Of a stretch of DNA of 53,368 bases, positions 10,136 to 19,184 are shown piece by piece. Numbering within the stretch: the first letter of the stretch is position 1; each line of letters starts with the position of its first letter. The DNA comes from Acidimicrobiia bacterium (GTDB lineage Bacteria > Actinomycetota > Acidimicrobiia > Spongiisociales > SHLN01). The DNA lies in the NCBI GenBank assembly GCA_041619515.1, contig JBFKDW010000002.1, positions 1 to 53,368 on the forward strand, in the 5' to 3' direction. A model generated the notes under the pieces. It was not told the DNA's origin and did not search any database. It worked only from the letters and a program-made list of their open reading frames with translations. Both the position numbers and the translations under genes were made by a program.

Positions 10136-10941
10136 GCCGCCTGCTCCCAGGTGCGCCACCGAAAGAGGCGTCGTTCGATGATGGCCAGGACCCGCTCGAT
10201 GAACAGCATGAAGATGATGAAGAGGAGTGTCCAGGCCATCACCCGCGTGATGCTGAACGACTGGAAAGCGAATCTGATCTGAAAACCGACCCCGTTCGAG
10301 GATCCGAACACCTCGGTCAGCGCCTCGACCTTCCAGGCGATCGCAAACGACAACCGTACCCCGGCAAAGACGTAGGGAAGGATCGACGGAACCAGGATGT
10401 GCCGCATGGTCTGGCGGTCGCTCCTTCCGAAGGCGGCGCTCATCCGGATGAGATTCTGGTCGACCCCCTCCAGGCCTTCGGCCACGTTGAGGGCGATGTA
10501 GGGCATTGAGATGAGACCAACTGCCAGCACCGGTCCTTGGTAGCCGATTCCGAATATCACCAGCGCCATCACGGCGTAGGTGAGGCCGGGTATCGACCCT
10601 GCCCCCACCACGCCGTCGTGGAAGAAGGCCTTCCAGTAGCGGCTCCGGCCCATCAGATAGCCGATCGGCACCCCGATGAGGGCCGCGACCCCGAAACCCA
10701 AGAAGGTCTTGGAGATGCTGGAGCGGAAATCATCGACGAACTCACCCGCTTCGACGATGTCCCACATAGCCTGCCCCACCTTGACCGGACCCGGCAGTGT
10801 GAACTGGTTGAGGATGAACGAGGAGACAAAAGCCCAGATTCCGAAGAAGGCCGCCCAGCCGAGGGCGACGCCGGAGGCCCGCCGGAGCCGTGCTCCGGCG
10901 AACCTCCTGCTCGTACCCTCGAGTGCGGCGGCTTGAGCCAT
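10132..10941 (-). CDS. NitT/TauT-family ABC permease
   Basis: LPGP, PSILPYVFAGVRL, AWK..TEVFGSSNGVG. Confidence 0.92.
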   Translation of the reverse strand: MAQAAALEGTSRRFAGARLRRASGVALGWAAFFGIWAFVSSFILNQFTLPGPVKVGQAMWDIVEAGEFVDDFRSSISKTFLGFGVAALIGVPIGYLMGRSRYWKAFFHDGVVGAGSIPGLTYAVMALVIFGIGYQGPVLAVGLISMPYIALNVAEGLEGVDQNLIRMSAAFGRSDRQTMRHILVPSILPYVFAGVRLSFAIAWKVEALTEVFGSSNGVGFQIRFAFQSFSITRVMAWTLLFIIFMLFIERVLAIIERRLFRWRTWEQAA

Positions 10942-10967
10942 CTCGGTACTCGGTGCTCTTTAGCGTC

Positions 10968-12011
10968 CTACGGCGAGACGATCTCGAACCGGGGCGGGTC
11001 CTCGGTCTCGGACAGGCCCGCCTTCTCGAGCAGGGTGAACAGCTCCGACTCAGATTCCACCCACTCCTCGGTGAGGTAGATGCCCTTGGCAAACCAGTCG
11101 TGCTCGCTCAGGTAGTCCTGCATCCAGGCAATCTGCTCCTCGCCTTCGGCGGCGAAGTGCTGCGGATAGTCGGCGATGATCTGGTCCCGGTTGGCGGCCC
11201 ACTCCTTGAGACCCCGGTCCCACAGGGCCAGGAAGAAGTCGACCTCCTCAGGATGGGTGTCATACCAGTCCTCGCGGGCCAGGAAGATATTGATCATTGG
11301 ACCTTCGTGACCAGGCTTTCCGACCACCTCGGCGTACATGTCGGCCGAAGTCCTGCCGTCGTAGAGGATCTTCACCTCTTCGTTGAGCAGGATCGGGATG
11401 CTGAAGTCGGGCAGGACGATGGCACAATCGGTGTCGCCACTCGCCGCCTGGGCGGCCGTGTTCGTGATGTCCACGACGACGAGCTCGAAGTCACCCCCGC
11501 CCACCCGGAAATCGAGGCCGTGCAGCTCGTTGGCCAACACGCCCCAGATGGTCGTCGACGACAGCGTGTCCCAGACCGCCACCTTGCCACCGACACAATC
11601 GGCAAGCGTTGTGTACTCGGGGTGCTCGGGCGAGGCGACGATGATGCTCCGGTCGATGTTGTACTTGCCAAAGACCACGCTGGGAATGCCGAACTCCTGC
11701 TCGATCGTTGGCACCTCGAAGTCACCGACCGACATGATGTCGGCGTTTCCACCCGCGTAGACGCCGACCTCGTTCCAGGTTGCCGAATCGAGGATCGCGA
11801 CGTTGGCGGCGGTCTCCATCTCCTCCCGGATGCCGGAGTCGATCAGGTAGTCCCACACCGGGTCCGGTGCGAATGCAAACCGGATCACCTTGAGCGCGTC
11901 CGGGTCGGCCGTCGTGTCACTTCCGCCGGTATCGTCATCCCCACCACAGGCAGCCGCCACCATGGCAAATGCCAGCAGGACGGCGATCAATCTCAGGGCC
12001 TTCTTGGCCAT
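10968..12011 (-). CDS. ABC substrate-binding lipoprotein (NitT/TauT-type)
   Basis: Signal peptide with lipobox VAAACGG; first gene of the ABC operon; GAGGAGG RBS. Confidence 0.85.
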   Translation of the reverse strand: MAKKALRLIAVLLAFAMVAAACGGDDDTGGSDTTADPDALKVIRFAFAPDPVWDYLIDSGIREEMETAANVAILDSATWNEVGVYAGGNADIMSVGDFEVPTIEQEFGIPSVVFGKYNIDRSIIVASPEHPEYTTLADCVGGKVAVWDTLSSTTIWGVLANELHGLDFRVGGGDFELVVVDITNTAAQAASGDTDCAIVLPDFSIPILLNEEVKILYDGRTSADMYAEVVGKPGHEGPMINIFLAREDWYDTHPEEVDFFLALWDRGLKEWAANRDQIIADYPQHFAAEGEEQIAWMQDYLSEHDWFAKGIYLTEEWVESESELFTLLEKAGLSETEDPPRFEIVSP

Positions 12012-12051
12012 TCGTATTCCTCCTCGTTCTCCGGCGATCGCCTCGCCATTT

Positions 12052-12765
12052 CTACGTTCGCGTTTCCTGCAGGACCGCCGCGGTGCGGTCCCTTTCATAC
12101 AAGAGCTTCAAGATCACATTGCAGGCCGATTGGAGGTGCTCGATCACTTCTGCCTCGAGGTCGGGGCCGCTGCCCCGGGTGGCCGCATCGTAGATGCGCC
12201 GATGCTGTCGGTTGCTCTCCTCGGCCCCCAGCTCGGTTATGAGCATCCGGGTGTAGCGGCCGGTCTGCTGGCGAGCCCGTTCGACGATCTCCACCATGCG
12301 GGGACGGGGGGCGGGGCGATAGAGGCCGGCGTGAAACAGGTCGTTGGTCTCCACCCACCGGGCGAGATCATCCGTGTTCTCCATGGTCTGGAGGTGCTCC
12401 TCCATGTCGAAGTGGGACTTCCGCTTGAGGTTCGGAAGGGCGAGGCGGCAGAGAGACGGCTCGATCGCAATCCTCAGCTGATAGAGCTCCTGCAAATCGT
12501 CCAGGCCCAACGGAGCAACGACTGCGGTGGTATGGGCCTTCGTGACGACGAGCCGCTCCGCGGCAAGAACTGCGATGGCGTCGCGGACCGGGCTTCGGCT
12601 CACTCCAATTTGGGAGGCCACCTCGTTCTGGTTGATGGGAGCGCCGGGGGCGAAGTCACCGGAGATGATCCGGCGGCGTAGGTAGTCGGTTGCCATGTCG
12701 GCCGCCGTCCTGCCGTTGCCGGTTCGAGCTATCGCCACACCCACCCCGTCTCCGTTGTGGCGCAT
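12052..12765 (-). CDS. GntR (FadR/FCD) family transcriptional regulator
   Basis: LRRRIISG.F.PG..I....A...GVSRSPVRDA wHTH; FCD NDLFH and QHRRI; start uncertain (12738-12813). Confidence 0.92.
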   Translation of the reverse strand: MRHNGDGVGVAIARTGNGRTAADMATDYLRRRIISGDFAPGAPINQNEVASQIGVSRSPVRDAIAVLAAERLVVTKAHTTAVVAPLGLDDLQELYQLRIAIEPSLCRLALPNLKRKSHFDMEEHLQTMENTDDLARWVETNDLFHAGLYRPAPRPRMVEIVERARQQTGRYTRMLITELGAEESNRQHRRIYDAATRGSGPDLEAEVIEHLQSACNVILKLLYERDRTAAVLQETRT

Positions 12766-12858
12766 GTCTACCAGATACGTTTGTTGGATGTCAATCAGGC
12801 GGGTTGTATCCAAACGGTGGCGATGGGACTAGTCACTGCGTTCGCGGAACAGGGAGGG

Positions 12859-13884
12859 TTACGGCGTGGTCACATCGGGGTCGAGCCCGAGGAGCCGAAC
12901 AGCATTTCCACCGACAATGTTGTCCCGATCCTGGTCGGTGAGGCCTTCGACCCTTTCGATGAGGCCGATGGGATCCGTCTCCCCCATGTCGTACGGATAG
13001 TCGGTTCCGAGCAGCACGTGATCCGACCCGTACAGCCGGACCAGATGGCCGAGTGCGTCCTCACCAAACACCATCGTGTCGAAGTGCAGCTTCTTCAGGT
13101 ACTCGCTGGGACGCTGCGAGATGTTCTCTCGGCACTCCGGCCTCACCTCGAAGGCATGATCCATGCGATCGGCGTAGAACGGGAGGTAGCCCCCTCCATG
13201 GACGACGACGATCTTGAGATCGGGGTACTCCTCGAGAACGCCACCGAAGATGAGCTTCATGGTCCCGACCGTCGAATCGAGCGGGTTGCCGACCACGTTG
13301 ATCATGTAGTAATCGGTGAGTCGGGCGCCGTCGCTGTAGCCCTGCGGGTGGAGGATGATGGTGGCGTCGAGTTCCTGTGCCTTGGCCCAGAACTCTCGAT
13401 ACTCCGGACGGTCGTAGTCGATCCCGTTCACGCTGGTACTGATGGAGGCACCCGGAAAGCCGAGCTGGGTCACCGCCCGCTCGAGCTCGGCCGCCGCCCG
13501 TCCGGGATCCTGCATCGGAAGGGTGGCCATCCCGACGAACCGGCCGGGGGTGCCGGCGACCATCGACGCAATCGCGTCGTTTTGAATGCCCGACAACTCG
13601 GCACCGAGTGACGGCTCGGTCCAGTAGTAGTACTGGGGTGGGCCAATGGCGAGCGCATCGATCTGGATGCCCATACGATCCATGTCCGGGATGCGCACCT
13701 CGGGCCCAACCATCTTGGGACGAAGCGCAGGAAAGTGCTCGGCGTTGTACGCGGCGCTCTTCTCACCCGAATACTGGAAGAAGGCGTCGTCCTCCGGCCG
13801 CTGCATTCCCTCGACCATCTTGGCGGCCTCGGGGACGATGACATGATTGTGGATGTCGACGGTCGGCCGATCCTGGGATGGCAT
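12859..13884 (-). CDS. Amidohydrolase_2 family (ACMSD/LigW-like decarboxylase or hydratase)
   Basis: DIHNH, ILHP, HGGGYLPF, GTDYPYDM. Confidence 0.92.
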   Translation of the reverse strand: MPSQDRPTVDIHNHVIVPEAAKMVEGMQRPEDDAFFQYSGEKSAAYNAEHFPALRPKMVGPEVRIPDMDRMGIQIDALAIGPPQYYYWTEPSLGAELSGIQNDAIASMVAGTPGRFVGMATLPMQDPGRAAAELERAVTQLGFPGASISTSVNGIDYDRPEYREFWAKAQELDATIILHPQGYSDGARLTDYYMINVVGNPLDSTVGTMKLIFGGVLEEYPDLKIVVVHGGGYLPFYADRMDHAFEVRPECRENISQRPSEYLKKLHFDTMVFGEDALGHLVRLYGSDHVLLGTDYPYDMGETDPIGLIERVEGLTDQDRDNIVGGNAVRLLGLDPDVTTP

Positions 13885-13938
13885 GGGCGCAGTTCCTCCT
13901 CGATTGATGCCGGCACGATACTTCGGTGCGCGGGCAGG

Positions 13939-14628
13939 CTAGTCCTCGACGATCGCCACAGCCCGGGTCGGACCGCCGTGAGCACCGATGACCTTGAGCG
14001 GAAATCCGGCGAAGATGAATCGCTTGTTCACGACCTCATTGAGATTGAGGTTCTCGTAGTGAGTGATGTGCTCGCGACGGCACATCATGTGGACCGGATA
14101 GCTCGCAGAGGTTGGATTGTCGGGCGTGGGAGAATCGACTCCGAACGTCTTGACACCGCGGTCGACGATCCACTCGGCGCCGCTCGCTCCGAGCCCGGGG
14201 AACTCACTCAAGTACTCGTCTGTTCCTCCGTACCGATCGAAGGTTGCCGTGTAGAGGAACAGCATGTCTCCCCGATGAAGATCGAGGCCCGAGGCAGCCA
14301 GCGCCGCATCGAGGTGATCGGCGGTGATGTCGGTCTTGGCCGGCACCGCGGAGACGTCCAAGCAGATCGCCGAACCGTAGAACAGGTCAAGCGACATCTG
14401 GTCGATGGTCTGTGCCGAAGGATCGGGATCCAGGTGACTGAACGAGTCGACGTGGGTCGGCCCGTTGTCGTTGAGCATGAACCCGAGAGTCTGAAACGAG
14501 AAACCGCCCTCGAACCGGACCGCCGTTTCTTTGTGGGTGGCGTGTTGAAAGACCACCGTCTTGAGGTGGCCGGGATAGACCATCATGCCCTCGTAGATGT
14601 CCTGAGAAAGATCGATGAGTCGTGTCAT
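13939..14628 (-). CDS. Cyclase family protein (kynurenine formamidase-like)
   Basis: IDLSQ, NGPTHVD, GVDSP, ENL, PLK..GGPTRAVA. Confidence 0.9.
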   Translation of the reverse strand: MTRLIDLSQDIYEGMMVYPGHLKTVVFQHATHKETAVRFEGGFSFQTLGFMLNDNGPTHVDSFSHLDPDPSAQTIDQMSLDLFYGSAICLDVSAVPAKTDITADHLDAALAASGLDLHRGDMLFLYTATFDRYGGTDEYLSEFPGLGASGAEWIVDRGVKTFGVDSPTPDNPTSASYPVHMMCRREHITHYENLNLNEVVNKRFIFAGFPLKVIGAHGGPTRAVAIVED

Positions 14629-14637
14629 TGCTGCCTC

Positions 14638-15414
14638 CTAGTACATGACGACGCCGGAATTCACGTTCACATCTGCTCCGGTCAAGGCTTCTGCCTGCTC
14701 CGAGGCGAGGAATACAGCCGTCCCGGCCACGTCCTCAGGTCGGGTGAGGCGGTGGAGTGCCGCTTCGGCCTCGAATTCGCGCCGAACCACAGCGGCGTCG
14801 ACTCCCCGACCGTCGGCCTGGGATTTGATGACCCAGTCGAGCCGCGGGCCCGCCACGAAGCCGGGCGAGATGAGGTTGACCCGTACCCCGTACGGCCCTG
14901 CTTCGATGGCAAGTGTCCGGGTGAGACCGATCAGCGCCGCCTTGGTGGCTGCGTAGGGGGTTCGCCCCCACAACGGCCGCTTCCCGGTGATGGACCCGAT
15001 CACGACCACGGAGCCGGATCGGCGGGCAATCATCGCCGGCAGGATCGCTTTGGACACGAGAAAGACCCCTTCGACGTTGACGGCGAACGTCGCTCGCCAC
15101 TCCGCGAGCTCGACCTCCCACAGTGGCCCCGAGGGCCCGCCGATCCCGCTGTTGTTGACGAGCACGTCGATCCGGCCGAAGCGGTCGAGCGCCCGGTCGG
15201 CCATTTCCGCCACCGCCGCCGGATCGGTCACGTCGGTGGGGACGACGAGCGTTTCGACACCGAGCTCGGCCGCCCCGTTGGCGGTCTCCCGGAGGTTGGC
15301 AGCGTTCCTGGCGACGAGCACGAGCGCGTCGCCGGCGGCGGCAAAAGCCAGTGCGAGCTCTCTCCCGATGCCCTGGCTGGCCCCGGTGATGAGCGTGACC
15401 CGGGAGTCGGTCAT
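14638..15414 (-). CDS. Short-chain dehydrogenase/reductase
   Basis: TGASQGIG, NNSG, YAATK, VNLISPG; ATGA overlap with the upstream gene. Confidence 0.93.
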   Translation of the reverse strand: MTDSRVTLITGASQGIGRELALAFAAAGDALVLVARNAANLRETANGAAELGVETLVVPTDVTDPAAVAEMADRALDRFGRIDVLVNNSGIGGPSGPLWEVELAEWRATFAVNVEGVFLVSKAILPAMIARRSGSVVVIGSITGKRPLWGRTPYAATKAALIGLTRTLAIEAGPYGVRVNLISPGFVAGPRLDWVIKSQADGRGVDAAVVRREFEAEAALHRLTRPEDVAGTAVFLASEQAEALTGADVNVNSGVVMY

Positions 15415-16712
15415 GCATCCCCCTGCGCCTCGAGGGCGTCGCCGAAGTACTCGGGGTTGAGCCGCAAACGTGCACTGATGGCATGGCCGAACATGAGCTC
15501 GGCGTCGGCGACGACCGCCGCCGGCTCGGCCACGGTGGCCGAGCCCCGGGCGGTGACCCGCTGGGTGGTCACGGTCTTGAGGAACTTCCCTACCCACAGG
15601 CCGCCGGTGTATCGAGCAGCCCGCCCGGTAGGAAGCACGTGGTTGGTCCCGATCGCCTTGTCCGAGTAGGTGACGGTGGCGTGGGGGCCGACGAAGAGGG
15701 TGCCGTAGTTCCGCAGGCGTTCGGCGAACCATCCCGGATCGGCCGTCTGCACTTCCAGGTGCTCGGGGGCTATCCCGTCTGAGACGGCGACGAGCTCCTC
15801 GTCGTCCCGGCACAGAATGATGGCCCCGTAGTCCCGCCACGCCACGCCGGCAATGGAGGCCGTCGGCCACGTCTCGAGCCAGCGATCCACCTCGACGGCG
15901 ACCCGGCGGGCGAGATCCTCCGAAGTCGTGGCGAGAATCGCCGGTGATGTCGGACCGTGCTCGGCCTGGCCGAGCAAGTCGGCGGCCACCACGGACGGAT
16001 CGGCGCCGTCGTCGGCGATCACCATGACCTCGGTCGGTCCCGCCAGCAGGTCGATGCCGACGGTGCCGAAGAGCTGTCGTTTTGCCTCGGCAACGTAGAC
16101 GTTGCCGGCCCCGACGACCATATCGACCGGATCGGAATCCTCGAGCCCAAAGGCGAGGCCGGCCAGGGCTTGAACACCGCCGACACAGAAGATCTCATCG
16201 GCGCCCGCCTCGGCCATCGCCCACAGCTGGGGCGGATGCATGCCGTTCTCATCGCGGGGGGGCGCGGCCGAGGCGACCCGCGGGACCCCGGCGATCTTGG
16301 GAGTAGCGATCGTCATGAAGGCCGAGGCGATGAGCGGGTACAGCCCACCGGGCGAATACGCCCCGACCGATTGCACGGGAATGTGCTTCTGGCCGAGTAC
16401 CACGCCGGGAAGAGTCTCGACCTCGAAGTCCACCAGGCTGTCTCGCTGCAGCCGGGCGAAGTTACGGATCTGCTCCAGCGCGAACCGAGCGTGGATAAGG
16501 ACCTCGTCCTCGACCTGGTCCGTAGCGCGCCGGATGGCGTCTTCCGACACACGGAACGTCGGTGGGCTCCAATTGTCGAAGCGCTCCGAATATCGGCGAA
16601 CCGCCGCGGTGCCGTCCCGCGCCACGTCGGCAATGATCGTGCTGACGGTCGAGCGGATCTCTTCGGTCACCTCCTGCGGTTGTCGCGTGGGCTCCTTGAG
16701 ATAATCGGCCAT
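15411..16712 (-). CDS. Histidinol dehydrogenase paralogue (HpsN/sulfopropanediol dehydrogenase-like)
   Basis: PGG.YPL, GGVQA, AEAKR, AGPTE, QAEHG, APEHL, GTNHVLPT; catabolic context with no his genes. Confidence 0.88.
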   Translation of the reverse strand: MADYLKEPTRQPQEVTEEIRSTVSTIIADVARDGTAAVRRYSERFDNWSPPTFRVSEDAIRRATDQVEDEVLIHARFALEQIRNFARLQRDSLVDFEVETLPGVVLGQKHIPVQSVGAYSPGGLYPLIASAFMTIATPKIAGVPRVASAAPPRDENGMHPPQLWAMAEAGADEIFCVGGVQALAGLAFGLEDSDPVDMVVGAGNVYVAEAKRQLFGTVGIDLLAGPTEVMVIADDGADPSVVAADLLGQAEHGPTSPAILATTSEDLARRVAVEVDRWLETWPTASIAGVAWRDYGAIILCRDDEELVAVSDGIAPEHLEVQTADPGWFAERLRNYGTLFVGPHATVTYSDKAIGTNHVLPTGRAARYTGGLWVGKFLKTVTTQRVTARGSATVAEPAAVVADAELMFGHAISARLRLNPEYFGDALEAQGDA

Positions 16713-16713
16713 G

Positions 16714-17706
16714 TCAGCGGATACCCGATACGGACTCGGCCCGTCCGGATTCGCTCGACGCCACTGCGGCTTCGAGGACCTCGATCACCGCCAGCCCTTG
16801 CGGCCCACCGGTCTCCGGCCGGGCGATTCCCTGGATGGATTTGACGAACTCTGCCAGCTCGTCGGCGACGGTGTCGATGGTCTCGATCGGTTCCTCCACC
16901 AGGGTGGAATCGCCGGTTGCCTGGGTGAAGAAGCGGGCACCGTTTTCCTCGTTCACGGCCATGCCGGCGGTCCCCCGCACCGTCACCGTCGCCGTCCTGG
17001 GCACCACGAACGAGGTGCCGAGGTAGCCGAGGGGACCAGACGAGAACTCGAGAACGATCGAGGTGGCGTGGTCGATGGGCGGTCCATCGAGGATCCCCTT
17101 GCTGAACGCAAAGACCCGCTGCACGGGACCGAGCAGATACATCATGGTGTCGAGCATGTGCACGCCGAGGCTGGTCATCCCCCCGAGCGGGCTCTCCGTC
17201 CGGCTCGCCCGCCAGTAGCCGTCTTCGAAGCGGAGCGCATTGGGCACCGACTGGTTGGTCTCGATCATCGTCACCGTTCCCAGCTCACCGGAGTCGATGA
17301 GAGCCTTCAGCCGACGATTGGCGGGCTGTCGCCGCTGGTTGTGCCCTACCTGCAGGACAACACCGGCTTCGTCGGCAGCCTGCACGGCCCGGCGGGCGTC
17401 GCCGGCCGTGAGGGCAAGCGGCTTCTCGACGAAGACGTGTTTGCCGGCCGCCGCGGCCGACACGATCTGATCGGCGTGAGTGGAGTGGGGCGTCGCCAGC
17501 ATCACCCCGTCGACGTCGTCGGCCTCGAGAATGGCTTCGTAGCTATCGAACCCGCGACCCCCGAACTCATCGGTAAAGGCGGCCCGGTTGGCGGGGGTGC
17601 GCGCATAGCCGCCGGCGATCTCGCCTCCGCCTGCCAACGCCGCGCCTGCGAGCACCCGGCCCCACCAGCCCAGGCCGGCTGAGGCAAGCCGAACGTTGCC
17701 GCTCAT
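16714..17706 (-). CDS. Gfo/Idh/MocA family oxidoreductase
   Basis: GLGWWG, ATPHSTH, KHVFVEKP, GHNQR, GVHMLD. Confidence 0.92.
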   Translation of the reverse strand: MSGNVRLASAGLGWWGRVLAGAALAGGGEIAGGYARTPANRAAFTDEFGGRGFDSYEAILEADDVDGVMLATPHSTHADQIVSAAAAGKHVFVEKPLALTAGDARRAVQAADEAGVVLQVGHNQRRQPANRRLKALIDSGELGTVTMIETNQSVPNALRFEDGYWRASRTESPLGGMTSLGVHMLDTMMYLLGPVQRVFAFSKGILDGPPIDHATSIVLEFSSGPLGYLGTSFVVPRTATVTVRGTAGMAVNEENGARFFTQATGDSTLVEEPIETIDTVADELAEFVKSIQGIARPETGGPQGLAVIEVLEAAVASSESGRAESVSGIR

Positions 17707-17790
17707 GGAATCCCTTTCCTCCGGGACTTGCTGTTGATCGGAGAAATGTATGATACGCCCGCCCGTTTTCCCCCGCCCCGGAGGCATCTC

Positions 17791-18474
17791 GTGGCAAAAC
17801 CCGACGGCTACTTCAAGCGGCCACCGGGCCCGCTCGCCGGGTTCTGGTCGTGGAGATACCTCAACTGGGTGAAGAGCATCAGGCTCGTCACGTCGAAGCG
17901 GGTGCGCAGGGCGTACGAGGCTTTTCCCACCACGGTCCCGATCGGCGTCGAGTTTCCGGAGATAGAGCTCACGACGACCTCCGGCCGCGTCGTCAACACA
18001 CGGGAGTTTCAGGGGAAACGTCACTTCGTGCTCTTCACCGGCGCCATCACCTGACCGCCGTTTCGGCGGCAGTTGTCGCCCATGCATGAGCTGCGGGAGA
18101 AGTATGCCCACCGTGAGGTCGAGTTCCTGGCGATGTACGTGCGCGAGCCCCATGCCGGCGAGCGGGGGTTTCCCGACCACGAGGACCACCGCAGCTTCGA
18201 ACACAAGATGGAGGTCGCTCGCGAGCTCCAACAACTGAAGGACATGACCATTCCGCTGGGGGTCGACGACATGAGCCAGGAGCAGCACGCCCGCCTCGGC
18301 AACCTGCCCAACATGGTGTTCGTCGTTGATCGGCTGGGCCGGCTCGCCTACAGCAACACCTGGTTGCTGGCCGACGATGTCGACTCCGTTCTTGCTCGGC
18401 TCGTCACCGCCGATGATCCCGCTCGACCGATCGAGCCCACGGTCACGACCCGGCACCTCGGTCCCGGCATCTGA
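17791..18474 (+). CDS. Iodothyronine-deiodinase-like selenoprotein (227 aa; Sec88 = TGA 18052-18054)
   Basis: ORFs 17728-18054 and 18073-18474 are in frame. The joined protein reads FTGAIT-U-PPF...YVREPH...VDDM...GNLPNMVFVV, matching deiodinase motifs FGSxTUPPF / YIxEAH / VDxM / YGxxP. GGAGG RBS before GTG 17791; hairpin 3' of the UGA. Confidence 0.88.
18055..18080 (+). promoter_or_regulatory. Candidate bacterial SECIS element
   Basis: UGA-ccgccguuuc-GGCGGC-AGUU-GUCGCC: 6-bp stem with one G-U pair, loop at +17..+20; same geometry as the element at 26675-26700. Confidence 0.78.
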
Positions 18475-18502
18475 AGGCGGCGGCGTCCGCCCGGAGTCGA
18501 GT

Positions 18503-19168
18503 TCAGTCCAGGATTGCGAAGAACCGGGCGGGGGCGCCTTCTCCGCCGGTGATCTTCAGAAACGCCGCAAAGAACAGGAATCGCGAGCCGGCGGGCAGGG
18601 AACCGAAATTGGTCATCGACTGCATGAGGACTGCACCGGAATCGCCGATGATGTGGTGCACGACAAATTCGCTCGCCAGGTAGTGCTCCTTCTTCGCCGA
18701 GCGTTCGGGAAAGCAGTCGAAACCGATCGCCTTGGCGCCGGTCTCTGCCAGCCAGCGGGCGGCCGCCGGCGAACAGGAAGGCGAGTCGATGTAGTAGCGG
18801 GGGAACTCTCCCCATGCCTCATCCGACCACCCGGTGCGCACGAGCACGACGTCACCGTGACGGATCTCTGGAGCCGCCCGCTCGAGGTCGGCGACACCGA
18901 TGTCGTGGTCGGCCGCCACCGGCGTGAGATCGATGAGCACGGCCTCACCACTCGTCCGGTCGAGCGAGACGCTCTCGGCAGTTTCGCCCTCCTCGCGATA
19001 ATGGCCGGTGAAGTCGACGTGCGAACCGGCGTGCAGCGCCATCGTGATCTCGCTCACCATCCAGAAGCCGGGTTCTTTGAAGCGCCGGGAAATGCCGATG
19101 GGTTGATTCACCGACGGAGGGCTGTAGGTGTCCGAACCGATCGGCACGGTCAGATCGACGATTCGCAC
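18503..19168 (-). CDS. Cyclase family protein
   Basis: IVDLT, HAGSHVD, RTGW, GFD, GEGAPARFFA. Confidence 0.88.
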   Translation of the reverse strand: MRIVDLTVPIGSDTYSPPSVNQPIGISRRFKEPGFWMVSEITMALHAGSHVDFTGHYREEGETAESVSLDRTSGEAVLIDLTPVAADHDIGVADLERAAPEIRHGDVVLVRTGWSDEAWGEFPRYYIDSPSCSPAAARWLAETGAKAIGFDCFPERSAKKEHYLASEFVVHHIIGDSGAVLMQSMTNFGSLPAGSRFLFFAAFLKITGGEGAPARFFAILD

Positions 19169-19184
19169 GTCCCTCCTCGGCTCG

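Noticed and set aside
13735..15669. Long ORFs such as 13735-15669 (+), 4254-6074 (-), 20377-22611 (+), 28546-30198 (+), 43796-45841 (+) and 51211-52587 (-)
   Set aside because: Antisense or out-of-frame shadows of well-supported genes, typical of high-GC DNA; no family motifs
15411..16712. Calling this the biosynthetic hisD
   Set aside because: No his operon genes nearby; context and sequence features fit catabolic HpsN-like paralogues
16714..18456. 580-aa ORF suggesting a large N-terminal extension on the Gfo/Idh/MocA enzyme (similar extensions at 14638-15870, 38071-39534 and 49594-51741)
   Set aside because: The extensions overlap real genes or promoter DNA; the family domains begin at internal starts
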